This document shows positions 36,031-38,328 of a stretch of DNA of 38,328 nucleotides, piece after piece. Source of the DNA: a virus (Duplodnaviria; Caudoviricetes). Position 1 is the first letter of the stretch; each line of letters starts with the position of its first letter. The translations under genes were made by a program, and so were the position numbers. The notes beneath the pieces were generated by a model, which was not told the DNA's origin, made no database searches, and saw only the letters and a program-made list of their open reading frames with translations. Location: IMG/VR virus record IMGVR_UViG_3300012664_000098, positions 1 through 38,328 of that record. One strand, 5' to 3'.

Positions 36031-36198
36031 ATGTTATACTTTGAAGATACATTACAAGCTGAAGAATACGAATATCATTTCGCTTTGACTGACATTGTCG
36101 ATAAGATTGAATTGTACGGTTATGATGCTGTCATGCAAGACATTAAAGACTACTACCATAAACGTATGTTCGACAAGATGTATGAATCAGAATTCTAA
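36031..36198 (+). CDS. Small acidic hypothetical protein, 55 aa
   Basis: Read manually (MLYFEDTLQAEEYEYHF...); TAAGGA RBS. Confidence 0.7.
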   Translation: MLYFEDTLQAEEYEYHFALTDIVDKIELYGYDAVMQDIKDYYHKRMFDKMYESEF

Positions 36199-36358
36199 AG
36201 ATGATATTGTCGTTGATATCGATAACTGGTTAAACTTTTTAGATACTTTATACGATAACTTTCCTGAGATTTATAACGATCCTGATAGTGCATTAGTAGG
36301 ATTCGAACAGGACTGGGAAGAATATAAAAAGATATTGTCTAAGATTAAGGAGCGATAA
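36182..36358 (+). CDS. Small acidic hypothetical protein, 58 aa
   Basis: ATG at 36182 (MNQNSKDDIVVDIDNW...). Confidence 0.65.
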   Translation: MNQNSKDDIVVDIDNWLNFLDTLYDNFPEIYNDPDSALVGFEQDWEEYKKILSKIKER

Positions 36359-37999
36359 GTGTACGATGTAAAGCAGACTTCTACTGTCGTCAGAGCACAC
36401 AGACCATGTAATACTTGTGGTTCAAGTGATGCGTTGAGTGTGTACAGTGATGGTCATACGTATTGTTTTAGCTGTCAGACTAACGTACAGCCTCTCAGAG
36501 GGGCGATCGATGACACAGTAGTACCTAACTATAGGAATAAAATTAAATTGAATACAGAGCGTTTTAAGGGCATTCCTGAGGATGCTACAGTAATACCGTT
36601 CACTAAGCGAGGAATTGTACAGAAAACTTCTGAGGTATTCGGGGTCAGAGTTGATGCTACTAAGATCTACTTTCCTTACTATGATATCAATGGTTCACTT
36701 GTAGCTACCAAGATGCGTGGTAAGAAAGAGAAGACATTCAACAGCGATGGTGCGTGGAGTGAAGCTACCTTGTTCGGTCAGAACTTGTTCACTAAGGGTG
36801 GTAAAGCTATCACGATTACTGAGGGTGAGTTCGATGCGATGGCTTGCTATCAGATGACCGGCTCACGTTACCCAGTAGTATCTATTCGTAACGGTGCAGG
36901 TAATGCGTTGAAGGATTGTCGTGCTCAGTACGAGTATCTAGATTCATTCGATAAGATTGTTATCTGTTTCGATGCTGATGAGCAAGGTGTTAAGGCAAGC
37001 AATGAAGTAGCTGAGTTGTTCGGTAGTAAAGCACACATCTTCAAGCACACCGGTACTACGTACAAGGATGCGTGTGATTACTCATTCAACAACGATACTA
37101 AGTTGTTCGTAGAGAAGTGGTGGAATGCTGACAAGTACGTACCTGATGGCATCATTGCAGGTTCTACTCTATGGGATATCGTATCCGCACCTGTAGAACA
37201 GGCTGATGTGTTGTATCCTTACTACGGATTGAACAATTTAACCTACGGAATTCGTAAGGGAGAGTTGGTTACAGTGACAGCAGGATCAGGATTAGGTAAG
37301 TCACAGTTCTTACGTGAGATTGTATGGCATATCTTGAATAACTCTGAAGATAACATCGGCTTGATGTTCTTGGAAGAATCAGTTAAGAAAACAGCACAAT
37401 CATTGATGAGCTTAGCAGTTAATAAACCTTTACATTTACCGGATAGCGATGCGACAGACGACGAAAGAAAATATGCCTTTGATAAAACTCTTGGAACTGA
37501 TAGGTTGTTTTTGTTTGATCATTTCGGGAGCACTTCTATCGATAACATTCTTAATCGGGTTCGCTTTATGGCTCGTGGGCTTGATTGTAAATATGTTTTC
37601 GTAGATCACGTAAGTATTATTGTATCGGCACAGGAATCAGGTGATGAACGTAAAGCAATTGACGAGATCATGACTAAGCTTCGTATGCTAGTACAGGAAA
37701 CAGGTATCAGTTTGTTTGTAGTATCACACTTGAAACGTCCTAGTGATAAGGGACACGAAGAAGGTGCAGCGACTTCACTAGCACAGCTACGTGGATCAGG
37801 AAGTATTGCACAGCTAAGTGATATCGTTATTGGCTTGGAACGTAACGGTCAACACGAAGATCCTATTGAGCGTAACACTACTCATGTTCGTGTGTTGAAG
37901 AATCGTTTCAGTGGACTGACTGGTAAAGCTTGTCGCTTGTTATATACTCGTGGTACTGGTCGTATGATGGAGATGCCTGATGAGGAGTCAACACTATGA
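36359..37999 (+). CDS. Primase-helicase (T7 gp4-like)
   Basis: Zn finger CNTCGSSD...CFSC, TOPRIM EGEFD...FDAD, Walker A GSGLGKS, VDH, LRGSGSIAQLSD, KNRFSG.TG. Confidence 0.96.
   Translation: MYDVKQTSTVVRAHRPCNTCGSSDALSVYSDGHTYCFSCQTNVQPLRGAIDDTVVPNYRNKIKLNTERFKGIPEDATVIPFTKRGIVQKTSEVFGVRVDATKIYFPYYDINGSLVATKMRGKKEKTFNSDGAWSEATLFGQNLFTKGGKAITITEGEFDAMACYQMTGSRYPVVSIRNGAGNALKDCRAQYEYLDSFDKIVICFDADEQGVKASNEVAELFGSKAHIFKHTGTTYKDACDYSFNNDTKLFVEKWWNADKYVPDGIIAGSTLWDIVSAPVEQADVLYPYYGLNNLTYGIRKGELVTVTAGSGLGKSQFLREIVWHILNNSEDNIGLMFLEESVKKTAQSLMSLAVNKPLHLPDSDATDDERKYAFDKTLGTDRLFLFDHFGSTSIDNILNRVRFMARGLDCKYVFVDHVSIIVSAQESGDERKAIDEIMTKLRMLVQETGISLFVVSHLKRPSDKGHEEGAATSLAQLRGSGSIAQLSDIVIGLERNGQHEDPIERNTTHVRVLKNRFSGLTGKACRLLYTRGTGRMMEMPDEESTL
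36489..36571 (+). repeat. 83-bp tripartite element, copy 2 (inside the primase linker)
   Basis: Same three blocks and same total span as 32819-32901. Confidence 0.7.
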
Positions 38000-38202
38000 A
38001 GTATGTAGTCTTAGGATTGTTTACTTTCTTTGGTGGCTTTGCGTATGGATCTATGGCTAACTATGTAGATAACATAGACCAATGTGCTAGTTACAAAGGA
38101 TGGACAGGTTATCGAGCAATCAGTGATGACCATGAGCGTAGATGCTTTTGGTTAGAGAATAAGTTTCCATACAGAGTGAGGCAAGGGATTGAACGAATAT
38201 AA
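37996..38202 (+). CDS. Small protein with signal/TM anchor and two Cys
   Basis: MKYVVLGLFTFFGGFAYG...; ATGA overlap. Confidence 0.65.
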   Translation: MKYVVLGLFTFFGGFAYGSMANYVDNIDQCASYKGWTGYRAISDDHERRCFWLENKFPYRVRQGIERI

Positions 38203-38328
38203 AGCAGGTGATAGAGTAGTTATCAGGGTGGCAGGTACGTTAACCAGTACTGCTACTCTTGTTAGAGATCCATACATTAGTAACCTTAAACGTGAATGTG
38301 TATGTGCTGATATAGATAACGAGATTGG
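38189..38328 (+). CDS. 62-aa hypothetical protein spanning the circular join (ends at 104)
   Basis: TTG start after AAGGGA; MNEYKAGDRVVIRVAG... continues in frame to TAA at 102-104. Confidence 0.6.
   Translation, partial: MNEYKAGDRVVIRVAGTLTSTATLVRDPYISNLKRECVCADIDNEI
38274..38328. repeat. Terminal direct repeat copy 2 (assembly overlap)
   Basis: Identical to 1-55. Confidence 0.95.

Overview
This window is an apparently complete, circularly permuted genome (~38.27 kb) of a lytic podovirus-like dsDNA phage. The 55-bp end overlap is assembly-type, and an ORF reads through the join. The genome has two convergent arms. The + arm (about 33.4 kb, through the join, to 8.5 kb) carries small early genes, a GP88-like Fe-S protein, a T7-type primase-helicase, a family A DNA polymerase (Tyr762 type), SSB, 5'-3' exonuclease, resolvase-like nuclease, RNase H-like exonuclease, a DUF3310 protein and a class II (B12-dependent) ribonucleotide reductase. 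The - arm (32.45 kb to 8.5 kb) carries terminase, portal, scaffold, capsid, a modular tail-fibre cassette, tail adaptor and nozzle, ejection proteins, an exported Cys-rich cassette, holin and an M15 endolysin. I see no RNA polymerase, integrase, tRNA or CRISPR; transcription appears to use near-consensus sigma70 promoters. The architecture resembles Zobellviridae/cobavirus-like phages (inference), and the host is probably an aquatic proteobacterium (inference). The most unusual signals are non-coding: an 83-bp tripartite element present twice (once inside the primase gene), two promoter-plus-iteron origin-like regions, a dense array of host-regulator-like boxes including a sigma54 site near the probable genome end, a promoter embedded in a long inverted repeat, a leaderless polymerase mRNA, and codon-level CCWGG avoidance.
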